Assembly (NCBI GenBank): GCA_965197475.1
Contig: CBDANF010000003.1
Coordinates: 2,400,001-2,464,000 of the forward strand
Length of the DNA: 64,000 nucleotides
Reading direction: 5' to 3'
Source: Candidatus Poribacteria bacterium
Lineage (GTDB): Bacteria; Poribacteria; WGA-4E; WGA-3G
Part shown: positions 50,636 to 60,550 of the stretch, piece by piece
Layout of the letters: every line of letters begins with the position of its first letter
Numbering within the stretch: position 1 is the stretch's first letter
The notes under the pieces: model-generated
Database searches by the model: none
What the model was told of the DNA's origin: nothing
What the model saw: only the letters and a program-made list of their open reading frames with translations
Program-made: the position numbers and the translations under genes

Positions 50636-51373
50636 CTATGAAAGCCCATCCCAATATTTCCACATATCTTCAGGGGTTTCAAACTTAATCTCATGTAAAT
50701 CTCTCCTACTGTACCTACCGATGAGCGCGATTCTGACGTTGCGTCCGCAATTCGGACCGGCGGTATGACTCATCTGATGATGCCAGAAACAGACATCACC
50801 TGCCTCACCCGTGAATTCATAACTCGGTCCCAAATCAAACGGAGCAACGCCACCGGGAAGGCTATCAAGGTCGTGGTATCTGAAGTATTCTGCCCAGATA
50901 CGATGGCTTCCAGGCCAGATTGTAAACCCGCCACCTTGTTTCTCAACTGTGTCAAGATATACGGTCGCGCCAAGCGTGAATGCACCGACAGTGCCTTTAG
51001 GAACACCGTTATGAGGGGTGTGGTAGCCGTCTAAGTGTCCAAGCGGTTCGCGCCATTCTCTGTCGGGGTCAGGAAAATTGAGATGCGGCCCCGCACCGCC
51101 GCCCGTATTCAGTTTTCCTTCACCGACCATCTCCTCTGCCATTGCGAAGACATTGTTACCATAGATTGTTCCCTTGATAACACCCTCACCGCCGATAGGA
51201 GCGGTGCGATATCCCTTGCGAGTCCAAGATTCAGGATCGTTCCTATCTTCGTCAATTGACTCCCAAACTCTATCCAATGCGGCATCAATTTCTTGCTGAC
51301 TAAGCGCGCCGCGCACAACCAGATAGCCGTTCTCTTTGAAAAATTCTTTGTCTGTGTCTGTTAACAAAGACAT
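50636..51373 (-). CDS. PhyH-family dioxygenase-like protein
   Basis: FFKENGYLV, GHLDG, GGFTIWPGSH, GDVCFWH..MSH; start probably ATG 51373. Confidence 0.85.
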   Translation of the reverse strand: MSLLTDTDKEFFKENGYLVVRGALSQQEIDAALDRVWESIDEDRNDPESWTRKGYRTAPIGGEGVIKGTIYGNNVFAMAEEMVGEGKLNTGGGAGPHLNFPDPDREWREPLGHLDGYHTPHNGVPKGTVGAFTLGATVYLDTVEKQGGGFTIWPGSHRIWAEYFRYHDLDSLPGGVAPFDLGPSYEFTGEAGDVCFWHHQMSHTAGPNCGRNVRIALIGRYSRRDLHEIKFETPEDMWKYWDGLS

Positions 51374-51536
51374 AATTTTTGTTCCTTTTATTATATGGGG
51401 AAATTCCATTATATCTTGAAATAATTTTAGTTCTATATAACGAAATATTTACTGCAGTCTGATGTTTCACATCTTTTGGTCTTATCTTAGTGTAAATCAA
51501 TACGTCGATTAGACTGGTATATGAGGTATAGGTCTT

Positions 51537-52508
51537 TCATTCCAATTCAAATAATAACAATTGTTCAGGATCATGCTGCTTTGCAAGAGAGATAACATCC
51601 ACCGTTTTACTCGAAATCTGTTCATCAATCTGTTCTGCACCATTAACTGGGTCAAGGCTAATACCATCTAACTCAATCAGCGAGGTATTACCCTTTGGTG
51701 GATTGTCAAGATAGCTTGGATCAAGTACGAAGAGTGGTAGACCCATCTTGAGAGCCGTTTTTGCGGCATTGAAAGTCCCACTCATTTTACCTTGTTCGTC
51801 TCGCTCAGGTCCTGATTCAATTACAACGACTGCTTTGGAGAGAGCACACACCAATTTATTCCGAATCATTGCGTTGCGCGCAAGCCATTTCACAGATGGA
51901 TTAAATTGTGACACTGCCAAAATATTTTGTTTCCAGTTGAATTCCTTGAATGCCTTTTTCTGATGTAATTCTTTGATGCCGTAAGGCAGCACGATTGTAG
52001 TTGTTCCTTCTGCTTCTAAAGCTCCTAAGTGTGCTTCTGAGTCAACCCCTTTAGCATATCCGGAAACTACATTTCTACCTAATCGCGCAAGATCACCAGC
52101 AAGTTTTCTCGCAATACCAATTCCTTTATTGGACACATTCCTTGATCCAATAATTGCTACACTATCCGAATTAAGATATTTTCTTTGTCCTTTGATGAAC
52201 AAAATCGGGGTTATTTCAAGAATATTTGATGGGAAATTAGGATGTCCTGGGTAGATAATTTCTACTTCCAATCTTTTTAGTTGCTTATACTCCCCTAACA
52301 CCTCCTCTCTGTCCTCTTCACGGATTTTACTATTCAAGATTTTAGCCAAATCGGGAAAATGAACAGATAGGTCGTTTTGGTTACACGGCAACATTTCAGG
52401 ATCAAGTTGCTGTGTTTCCAATATCTTGGAAATTGATACGAGAAGTTTCGGACCTACGCCGCGTGTCTTAAAGAGTCGGAACCAAAAATAATCTATGTCA
52501 ATTCTCAT
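51537..52508 (-). CDS. DprA/Smf-family protein
   Basis: VAIIGSR, VVSGYAKGVDSEAH, RNKLVCALS, SGTFNAA; no C-terminal wHTH visible. Confidence 0.92.
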   Translation of the reverse strand: MRIDIDYFWFRLFKTRGVGPKLLVSISKILETQQLDPEMLPCNQNDLSVHFPDLAKILNSKIREEDREEVLGEYKQLKRLEVEIIYPGHPNFPSNILEITPILFIKGQRKYLNSDSVAIIGSRNVSNKGIGIARKLAGDLARLGRNVVSGYAKGVDSEAHLGALEAEGTTTIVLPYGIKELHQKKAFKEFNWKQNILAVSQFNPSVKWLARNAMIRNKLVCALSKAVVVIESGPERDEQGKMSGTFNAAKTALKMGLPLFVLDPSYLDNPPKGNTSLIELDGISLDPVNGAEQIDEQISSKTVDVISLAKQHDPEQLLLFELE

Positions 52509-52557
52509 CTTTATGTCCTTCTGTTAGTGAGCGTTAGGATTTCTAAAATTTGCAACT

Positions 52558-53199
52558 TTAACTTCCACTTGTCCGCGTCCGCGTGAGTGTTAGAACAAGC
52601 ACATGCCGAACACTACCCTGATCATAAAGGGCGTTGGTGACTTCGGTTAAAGTTGTTCCAGAATCAAAGAGATCATCAAACAGCAACACACACTGATCTT
52701 TGAACTCTTGGTTGTGAACAACAAACACCCCTTGAAGTTGTTCACGTTTTCTTTCTACGTCCGGAATATTTTTAAGGGGTAGCGTCTGTTTTACTTTCTT
52801 CAGATAATCAGTGTGAACCGGCAGCCCAAGCAGTTTTCCTACCTCTCGTGCGATTTCGGTAACAGGTTGAAAATCCCTATTTGTGTCTGAGATCGGGATG
52901 GGAATAATTGCCTTCAAATATGGGAGAACAGGATACCCATCAACGGCAAATTCTTGTATAACAAATTGAGCTGCGGTTTCAGCTATCGGTTGGATCTTGC
53001 TTCTATCATTGTTGTACTTTACCTGATAAACCAATTCACCAAGTTCAGTCCGATCCGTGTCATATCCTCCATCTGGTAAAGGACGACTTGATATCGTGTG
53101 AATATCCAAAGCCCATCCAGATCGCCAATTTCCGTGAATTTTTTGCGGATTGATATTCAAGAATTGATCAATAGAGTTTGGGACTTCACAAAGAAACAC
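52558..53199 (-). CDS. ComF-like phosphoribosyltransferase-domain protein
   Basis: GWALDIHT, ELGELVYQVKY, IIPIP, PRPP loop VLLFDDLFDSGTT. Confidence 0.88.
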   Translation of the reverse strand: MFLCEVPNSIDQFLNINPQKIHGNWRSGWALDIHTISSRPLPDGGYDTDRTELGELVYQVKYNNDRSKIQPIAETAAQFVIQEFAVDGYPVLPYLKAIIPIPISDTNRDFQPVTEIAREVGKLLGLPVHTDYLKKVKQTLPLKNIPDVERKREQLQGVFVVHNQEFKDQCVLLFDDLFDSGTTLTEVTNALYDQGSVRHVLVLTLTRTRTSGS

Positions 53200-53284
53200 T
53201 GTGCTATCCTAACTTACACATCATTTATCATTTTCTGTAGGGTACCACAAAGTGGCTATGAAGTCAACTTTTTTATATTAATTG

Positions 53285-53485
53285 GGAGTGTAGATTTTAT
53301 GTCATGAAGCGTAAGGTTGCCCTTTGTCTGACCAGGATTTCATATCAACGCGGTATCTCCAACCGAATCAACGCTAAATGCGCGTACGGTATTTAGCGTT
53401 GATTCGGTTGGACAAATTACCGTTTCTGTTTCCAGTCCATAATCCGCGTAAAACCACGATTCAGATTACAAAATATCTACATTCC
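53285..53485. repeat. Palindromic miniature element with a 22-bp perfect hairpin
   Basis: Stem 53358-53379 / 53391-53412; outer ggagtgtagat / atctacattcc. Confidence 0.6.
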
Positions 53486-53495
53486 ACTTTTATAT

Positions 53496-54641
53496 TTAAG
53501 CGTTGACTATAAATCCGTTCTCTTCAAGTGCTTTTTGATAGGGACCTTCATCTATTCTCAACCCAAAACCGGGGAGATCGGGGACATTTACATATCCATT
53601 TGAAATAGAATAGCTGGAATCGTCTACCCCCGGTGTTGTTGCATGATCCCATTCAACAAACTCAAACCGCTCTACCTTAGCAGCGAGGTGACATGTGGCA
53701 AAATTACCGTAGTATCCACCGTAATGATGTGGTGCTGTGCCCACGTTAGCAGCATCCAATTCGGGTCCCAATTCAAGCCATCGTGAGAAACCAGGATGGA
53801 AAATATCATATTGAACTATGTCAATAAGTCCTTGTTTTGCCCAGCTGATTAGATTCGGAGAGGCACCACCTTCGCCATCGGCGATTTTGGTCTGTATTCC
53901 TTCAGCATTCAACCATTCCTTTAGTAGACTATAAACCCGTGCATCCTCGTGAAACGCTTCCTCCATCCAATAGACATTAGCATCTGCTGTTCCACCTAAT
54001 ACCTGCTTGGTAATATTGAGATTGTAGCCGTTGTTTGCGTCAATTAGAATTGTAGCATCAGATCCCACTGCCTCACGCACAGCATGGATAACATCAATAT
54101 CGCGTTGCGTACCTTTTTCAAGGGGCATGTGCATTGCACCACGACCAACCTTAATCTTGTATGCGTTATGCCCACGTGCCTTACCCTCAAGTGCTTCAGA
54201 AGCGATAAAGGCTGCAGCTTCAGCATTGTCATCAAGATGTAGGTCATCAATGTAGAGAGAAGTATCGTAACACGGTGCTTGAAAGTCACCATCTTCACCA
54301 GATAACATTGCATAGACAGGTTTCTGATGCAACTGTCCGACCAGGTCCCAGAGAGGATATTCAAGGAATTGAAATTCCTCTTTCACACCGTTTTCTATGT
54401 CAAACGCATCGCTCAGTTGAAACCCAACAATCGCTTTGGCTTTTTCACGAGAAATTGACGAAAACCCGATGCCGCTGGCACCGTCAGCGGTTGTTATACG
54501 TGCAATGGGAGGTCGCACATGTAATCCGTGTTCACCGAGCCGCGAGTTGCAACCGGCTTTGCGCGGGCGTTCGCCTGTCAAGCGCGCCCACTCAATCCGT
54601 TCTATTTTTACATTTTCCAAAGTTATTCTCCTTATCAACAC
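53496..54641 (-). CDS. Mandelate racemase/enolase superfamily protein
   Basis: LWDLVG..KPVY, KIKVG, IDANNG, WMEE, ADGE, PHH, VPDLPGFG. Confidence 0.9.
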   Translation of the reverse strand: MLIRRITLENVKIERIEWARLTGERPRKAGCNSRLGEHGLHVRPPIARITTADGASGIGFSSISREKAKAIVGFQLSDAFDIENGVKEEFQFLEYPLWDLVGQLHQKPVYAMLSGEDGDFQAPCYDTSLYIDDLHLDDNAEAAAFIASEALEGKARGHNAYKIKVGRGAMHMPLEKGTQRDIDVIHAVREAVGSDATILIDANNGYNLNITKQVLGGTADANVYWMEEAFHEDARVYSLLKEWLNAEGIQTKIADGEGGASPNLISWAKQGLIDIVQYDIFHPGFSRWLELGPELDAANVGTAPHHYGGYYGNFATCHLAAKVERFEFVEWDHATTPGVDDSSYSISNGYVNVPDLPGFGLRIDEGPYQKALEENGFIVNA

Positions 54642-54649
54642 TAATTAAC

Positions 54650-55159
54650 CTACATTTGCGTCTGAAGTAAAGCAATACTTTTCTGATCTAATTTATTATA
54701 GTTTTCAATTTCATATCGGTTGCCATCAACATCTTTAATGAGTACGCGCCCATTTTCAAGAGTGACGACATCGTATCGGGTACGCATACCGAACTCTACA
54801 TCACCTTGGCTGGTTTCAACATCCCACAGCGTGACACCGAATTGTCCATCAAGCGAATTGATTTTGGTGATTTTCGGCATAAAGTATCGTTTTTGTAACT
54901 CGTCCATGAGGACATCGCGAGATTGGGATGTAAGCTTTCTTACATCCTCCACAATGCCTATTTCGTTACCCTCGCTATCCAATAGGGCTATGTACCGGAC
55001 CGTTTCATTTATAGGAAAACTACGCACAGGTTCAACCTTCGTATGTGTTGTTCCGTCAGGAAGTTGGACAACAAGTTCTCCAAACGCGTTCCGAGCGATG
55101 CTGAGCTTGCTTGCGTCAAGAAATTCTAATTCGTCAGTAACTTTTATCGGTTCATACAT
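54650..55159 (-). CDS. DUF1854 family protein
   Basis: VRSFP...YIAL...EIG; ELQKRYFMPKI; WDVET..G; DVDGNRY.I; typical partner of the upstream ABC exporter. Confidence 0.85.
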   Translation of the reverse strand: MYEPIKVTDELEFLDASKLSIARNAFGELVVQLPDGTTHTKVEPVRSFPINETVRYIALLDSEGNEIGIVEDVRKLTSQSRDVLMDELQKRYFMPKITKINSLDGQFGVTLWDVETSQGDVEFGMRTRYDVVTLENGRVLIKDVDGNRYEIENYNKLDQKSIALLQTQM

Positions 55160-55190
55160 TAGTCTGTCTCCTACAACCTACTCCATAATA

Positions 55191-57569
55191 CTACCATGCG
55201 CGAATCTTGGATAATTCGGTCTGTTTTTGACACAGATTTGCATAAGTGCCATCTTTAGCAATTAATTCCTCATGTGTCCCGATTTCGTCTACTTCACCCT
55301 CTTTCAAAACAACGAGTCGATTCGCATATTTTAGGGTTGACAATCTATGCGCGATTGCGAACACTGTCCTCCCTCGGACAAGCCGCTGCAACGCCTCTTG
55401 GATTTTAGATTCCGTTTCAGTATCTATGGAAGAGGTGGCTTCGTCTAAGATGAGAATGCGGGGGTTTTTTAAGATTGCGCGTGCGATAGAGATTCGTTGC
55501 CGTTCACCACCAGAGACGCGCGCACCTCGTTCGCCGACCATCGTATCGTAACCGTCAGGAAATTTGATAATAAAATCGTGTGCATTTGCGGCTTTGGCAG
55601 CAGCGATAATCTCATACCGAGATGATCCAGGTTTTGAGTAACCGATATTTTCAGCAATCGTGCCTTCAAACAGGAATGGGTCTTGTAGCACAACGCCAAC
55701 TTGTTGCCGGAGTGCCTTTATCCGAATATCTCGGCTGTCGTGCCCATCTATAACGATTGCCCCTCGGTTTGGGTCATAGAAACGGGTGATGAGATTGACA
55801 AGCGTACTTTTTCCTGCGCCACTATGTCCAACTAAACCAATCATCTCACCAGCATCAACTTGGAAACTGATCCCGTTGAGAGCATTCTTTTCGTTATCGT
55901 AAGAGAAATAGACATCTTTGAATTCAATGTCACCCGTGATATTGGCAAGTGCTATTGCATCCTTTTTATCTGCAACGGTGGGTGGCGTATCTAATATTTC
56001 AAACACACGTTCTGCGGAGGTGCCTGCGCGGATGAACCTTTCATTCATTTGGCAGAGAGTAGACACAGGACCAAAGAATTGCATCATGTAAGATTGAAAC
56101 ATAACCAGAGTGCCAAGGGTTAGATCGCCTTGGAAGATCTGCCATCCGCCAACTAACCAAATCAGGATAGAGCCGGAAAAGGTGATTAATTGCATGATTG
56201 GACGATAAAGTGTCCCAAGTTTTGCTGCGTTCATTTCTCCATCAAACACTTGATACGTCAGATCGCTAAACCGGCTAATCTCATACCGTTCTCGTGCGAA
56301 TGCCTTGACAACTCTCACTCCGGGAATAGTGCTTGCGAGGATCGTGCTAATTTGGGAGTACCGTTTCCATAAAACCTGATACACTTTGCTCATCTTTTTA
56401 CCAAAAAAGATTGTGAAAAAGATTAGACAGGGGATCGGAATTAGAGTCCAAAGTGCAAGTTTCCAACTGAAAATGAACATGATAATACACATATTAATGA
56501 GGGTAAGAGAATCACCGATAATATCCTGTAGTCCATTTGCTATGAAATCCCGAAGTCTTGATACATCGTGCGTGATCCTGGACATCAGATTACCAGTGTC
56601 ACGTTCATGGAAAAAGTCAATGGAGAGCGTGTTCAGATGTTCGTAAGTCTCGTTTTGGAGTCGTCGGGTGATATTCTGACCTACCCATGCCATCATATAC
56701 CCACGAACAGAAGAGAGTGCCATGGAAAAGACTCTAATACCTGCCATGAGTAGAACAATCCATATTAAGTGTCCAAAACTTCCACCGAGTGGCATACTAC
56801 CGAACCATCCGCTAAACGTATCTGCTATACCTCGCAGTTGTCCCCAAGATGTTTCAGGTAAGGGTTGTCCATTATTGACAGCAGTTCCGACTGGATCCAG
56901 AATATTGTCGATCAACTCTCTGCTTAGAATAGGTGGGAGCACATTGATAAACCGAATTACCAACATCATTAGGAAAGCAGGAATCATGACATGTAAAAAT
57001 GGGATTGCATATTTGAACAGACGGAAAATGAGTTTGCTGTTTTGAACACAGTTTACACACACACCAGTCCAACTCGGGATTGGATGACCGCACTTTTCAC
57101 ATCGACTTTTGTCTCCACCTCGTTGTAACCCCGTAGTACTCCCAATTCCGGGACCTCGTCTGCCACGTCGTCCACCAGGTCCGGGCCCTCGGTGTCTCCG
57201 TCCTTCCCTTGCACCGCTACCGTTTGATGAAGATAATCTTTCTAATTCTGATACAGTAAGGTTGAATTTTGGCGTTAACTTTTTAGAATAGCGCGCCAAT
57301 TCAACAGCATTTTCCGATGTCGTTACCTTGAGTATGGTATTACCGTACATCTCAAGGACTTCAATGTCTTCAACAGAGTTTAGATCCATCTCTCGAATGT
57401 TGTGTCCGAGAACACCTTCCTGATTAAAAGCAATGAGTCGTTTATCAGTAGCTAATAGCCAATCTTTTCCATAAGTGCCATCAAACCGCAGATCGGTTGA
57501 AACAGCAACCTTGATTTCCTCCCCTTTTTCAAGCAGTTCTTGTGCCCGTTTTTCAAGGAGTTCAGGCAC
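55191..57569 (-). CDS. ABC exporter (permease plus ATPase) with N-terminal PH-like and Zn-ribbon extension
   Basis: GHSGAGKS, VSGGERQR, ILILDEATS, IAHRLST; CEKC...CVNC. The true start may be the out-of-frame ATG 57688. Confidence 0.92.
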   Translation of the reverse strand: MPELLEKRAQELLEKGEEIKVAVSTDLRFDGTYGKDWLLATDKRLIAFNQEGVLGHNIREMDLNSVEDIEVLEMYGNTILKVTTSENAVELARYSKKLTPKFNLTVSELERLSSSNGSGAREGRRHRGPGPGGRRGRRGPGIGSTTGLQRGGDKSRCEKCGHPIPSWTGVCVNCVQNSKLIFRLFKYAIPFLHVMIPAFLMMLVIRFINVLPPILSRELIDNILDPVGTAVNNGQPLPETSWGQLRGIADTFSGWFGSMPLGGSFGHLIWIVLLMAGIRVFSMALSSVRGYMMAWVGQNITRRLQNETYEHLNTLSIDFFHERDTGNLMSRITHDVSRLRDFIANGLQDIIGDSLTLINMCIIMFIFSWKLALWTLIPIPCLIFFTIFFGKKMSKVYQVLWKRYSQISTILASTIPGVRVVKAFARERYEISRFSDLTYQVFDGEMNAAKLGTLYRPIMQLITFSGSILIWLVGGWQIFQGDLTLGTLVMFQSYMMQFFGPVSTLCQMNERFIRAGTSAERVFEILDTPPTVADKKDAIALANITGDIEFKDVYFSYDNEKNALNGISFQVDAGEMIGLVGHSGAGKSTLVNLITRFYDPNRGAIVIDGHDSRDIRIKALRQQVGVVLQDPFLFEGTIAENIGYSKPGSSRYEIIAAAKAANAHDFIIKFPDGYDTMVGERGARVSGGERQRISIARAILKNPRILILDEATSSIDTETESKIQEALQRLVRGRTVFAIAHRLSTLKYANRLVVLKEGEVDEIGTHEELIAKDGTYANLCQKQTELSKIRAW

Positions 57570-57820
57570 TTCTTCCTTCGTCGTTAACTCTGTATTACCT
57601 TTTTCCGGAAACGCGCTTTGTCACCAAAAGACCCCATTCCCATCCGGCGTGAGCTGCCGCGCCCTGAACCTGGCATCGGACCGTGCATAGGTTAAACTCC
57701 GCTAAATCAAATTATATTTTCTTTTTAACGAATTTTCAGCGGAAAGGTTGAATAAATTTGTGGTGGTCACGGAAAAGCACGCTAATTCTGTGGGTATACT
57801 TCTGTAAAAAACTACACACT

Positions 57821-57870
57821 GGTAGGTGCGGTTTCCTAACCGCACCTTATGCGCCAATTTAGTGGTTTTT
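57821..57870 (+). repeat. GTAG-type REP joined to one end of the CC(A/T)TA..GCG.CAATTTAG element
   Basis: ggtaggtgcggtttcctaaccgcacc-ttatgcgccaatttagtg; same junction as 19880-19923. Confidence 0.7.
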
Positions 57871-57970
57871 CAAATATGCGAAACTTTCTTCAGTCCCGTA
57901 GGGACGCAATGTTTATAGCAACTCAGGTTTAACAGAAATTTCGCGCACCCTTGAATCTGAGCATTTCAGA

Positions 57971-58732
57971 TTAATTCGCGATTACTTCTAACGCTTGCAT
58001 CCGCTCAAGTGCGAATACCCGAGTATCTTGGCGCAATTCGCAAAATCCCTCTACACACAACGTTTGTCCAGACTCACGACTGTTCGGGATATTAAGAAAC
58101 CGCTCCGGTACAACTACACGCGTCATCCATGTTTTAGCATTCGGTTTTTTATAATCAAACCGAATCTTCTGATTATTGTCAATTGCGAGTTGGATTTCTG
58201 AAAATTGCTCCGAGAACTCTGATTGTGAAGGGGGTAGCGTAAAACTGCCAAGAACATCGCCTTTTCCGTACATACTTTCATGACACGGTTTGCAAATCAA
58301 TTCAAGATTATCCAACGTGTTCGTCCCATCTTCACACAAAGGAATCTCATGTATCAGATAAACGTTCCGTTCTTCTCCACAACTTGAACAGACAGAACCG
58401 TTCTGTTGGATAAAGTGACGTTTTCGTTCACTCCAATCTGGAGGCCAACTTGGGAAATAGTTATAAATTGAGGTCAAAACGGATTTTAACTTCGCGAGTT
58501 CAGCGGATAAACTTTTGACCTTAGACTCAGATAACACGCTTGCTTGTTCTATATCGCTCAACACAAAGATAGACAGTATAAGTTGTGAACTCTGTTGACG
58601 CAGAACAGCCTCAACTTCATCTTCCCGCATTTGCAGCTTGACCAGACAGGAAGGATGAAGAAACTCGCCATTGGACAGTGACATGTCGTATTCATAGTCG
58701 ACATACTGCTTGCACACGGTACAATAAGGCAT
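57971..58732 (-). CDS. HNH endonuclease-WYL domain fusion protein
   Basis: CSSCG...IHEIP...GTNTLDNL..ICKPCH; C-terminal AI...IRFDY...R.V.P...VEGFCELRQDTRVFALERM; start MPYC at 58732. Confidence 0.8.
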   Translation of the reverse strand: MPYCTVCKQYVDYEYDMSLSNGEFLHPSCLVKLQMREDEVEAVLRQQSSQLILSIFVLSDIEQASVLSESKVKSLSAELAKLKSVLTSIYNYFPSWPPDWSERKRHFIQQNGSVCSSCGEERNVYLIHEIPLCEDGTNTLDNLELICKPCHESMYGKGDVLGSFTLPPSQSEFSEQFSEIQLAIDNNQKIRFDYKKPNAKTWMTRVVVPERFLNIPNSRESGQTLCVEGFCELRQDTRVFALERMQALEVIAN

Positions 58733-58856
58733 TTTCTTTTCCTTGCACTTAGGTGCGGCTTGAAGGGAAATTGCACGAACCCAATTTCTCATACATAATT
58801 AACAAAATCAGTATATCATGTTTAACGGAAATTAGCAAAACTTCCAAAGTTAAAAT

Positions 58857-59537
58857 CAGAGCCATTCAATTTTCGAAATACATATTGTTGTATAGGTTAT
58901 CATTATGTGGCCTGACTTTTCACGCCACACATAATGGACTTCACCTTAGAGATTAGTCTAAAATCATTTGAGGTGAAAATGACAAAACAAAAGTCTCGTC
59001 ATCTACTTGAAATGTTAGCAGAAGTTCCTGATTCTCTCAAGTCACAAGGCAACGCCATCCGCTCCCAGTCATTTTAGGTCTCAAGGTTGTCGCAATGCTG
59101 TGTGGGTATCGCAGTTATAGTGCTGTTGAAAAAGGACACGGTTGGATACAAACACGCACGCTTACTGCCAGCACCGCTTTCACAGACTATTTGGCATGGC
59201 CGGGGGCTTGCAAAGTGTATCAATACTGATGCGAACGCACGCAAACCCGCCTAGGAAAAACAACACATTGGATACAATATGGGATAACAAGTTTGCCACC
59301 AGAAGACGACTCCGCAGCACGACTTTTGACACTACGGCGTGGACATTGGGCAATAGAGAACTTGGCGCATCACAGTGGTAGTATTCCACAAGTAATATGT
59401 GCATTACGAAATGCGGTGATCAGTCTTTTGCGCACATCTGGATACACTGAATAGCATATTCACTCCGATATTTTGCCGCACATCCAGAGCAAGCACTCAA
59501 ACTCATCGGGAGAGATACCGAAAATTGAATGGCTCTG
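58857..59537 (+). mobile_element. Internally deleted ISAs1-family element
   Basis: Perfect 19-bp TIR cagagccattcaattttcg; broken transposase pieces LAEVPD..., RHPL.VIL..VVAMLCG, EKGHG, GHWAIEN, NAVISLLR. Confidence 0.88.
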
Positions 59538-59626
59538 GATGATAAAAACCTTCCATTCCATAGCCTTAAAAGGTGCATCCGTTTCAGTGTATTAAATGAA
59601 AACAATTTGCAAATCAAAGGAGACAC

Positions 59627-60510
59627 ATGCGTAATACAATTGCTTATAGGTATTGGCAGACTGGTGATGACAACGCTATTCTGAAGTTGTTAGTGCCAGC
59701 TGAACAATGCAGGGAAGGCCATTATTGAAGAAAGTTTAACAGTCCATCTCTTGAACCAGAAGGCATTCGTATAGCGTTAGTTGGTGAAAGAGTTGTTGGA
59801 CATGTATTTGGTTCTCAAACTTCGCTATTTATTGAGGGGAAAGCTCAAGATTTCGGGATGGTGACACTTGTGTTTGTTGCTCCAGACATGCGTCGTCAAG
59901 GTATCGCAACCCGCTTGACGCAGGACCTAAATGCATACTTTGAAAGGAAAGGCTATCGCGGAAGCATTCTTTTTGTCGAGACTGCGGGAGCCTATCAATT
60001 GTATCAGAAAATTGGATATCAAGAGGCTTATAGGGAGTTGCGGACGCAACTCCCACCACGTTCAAATTCTGCTCGACTCAAATGGGCGGAGGTGAAACCT
60101 GAAGATTTGGGTAGTTTACATCAACTAAAAAAGAGATGGGCAAGTCAGAATTTTCCTGTTTTGTGGAATCCTCAAGGTTCAGAGTTACATCAATATAATA
60201 TGAAGCAGTATCGTATGTTACAACGCGGCGCAAGTATCATCAGCTATGCCAAATGGGATGACCCATCAGAACACCGTCCACAAGGGTTAATATGTGACCC
60301 AATGGTACCAGACGAGGCCCGATGGAAATTATCCAATCGGTGCAGGCAGCAATTCCCACCCCACGCGCATGGCAAACAGCCGAAAGGAGTAGATATAAAG
60401 ATTCGCTTCGATCTCTCGGTTACGCACTCCACCCGACAAAGATAGTCAATATGTTGGCATCTTTTGGTCAAGAGATTAATTGGACGGAAATCCCTCGAAC
60501 CTTATGGTGA
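59627..60510 (+). pseudogene. GNAT (Eis-like) acetyltransferase pseudogene
   Basis: AAGGAG RBS plus ATG 59627; in-frame TGA at 59726; VFVAPDMRRQGIA and LYQKIGY motifs; frameshift near 60320. Confidence 0.8.
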
Positions 60511-60550
60511 AGTGACGAAACCTTTACAACAGCAATATATGTACACACAA

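Noticed and set aside
51537-53199. Natural-competence locus (dprA plus comF)
   Set aside because: The PRTase lacks the ComF N-terminal zinc finger, DprA lacks the wHTH, and no other com genes are adjacent; not fully excluded.
58847-59548. Target duplication around the ISAs1 remnant
   Set aside because: Flanks aaagttaaaat and gatgataaaaa match only partly in AT-rich sequence.
59726-59728. In-frame TGA as possible selenocysteine or recoding
   Set aside because: Not at a Cys-like catalytic position, a second frameshift lesion exists, and TGA is a normal stop in other genes here.
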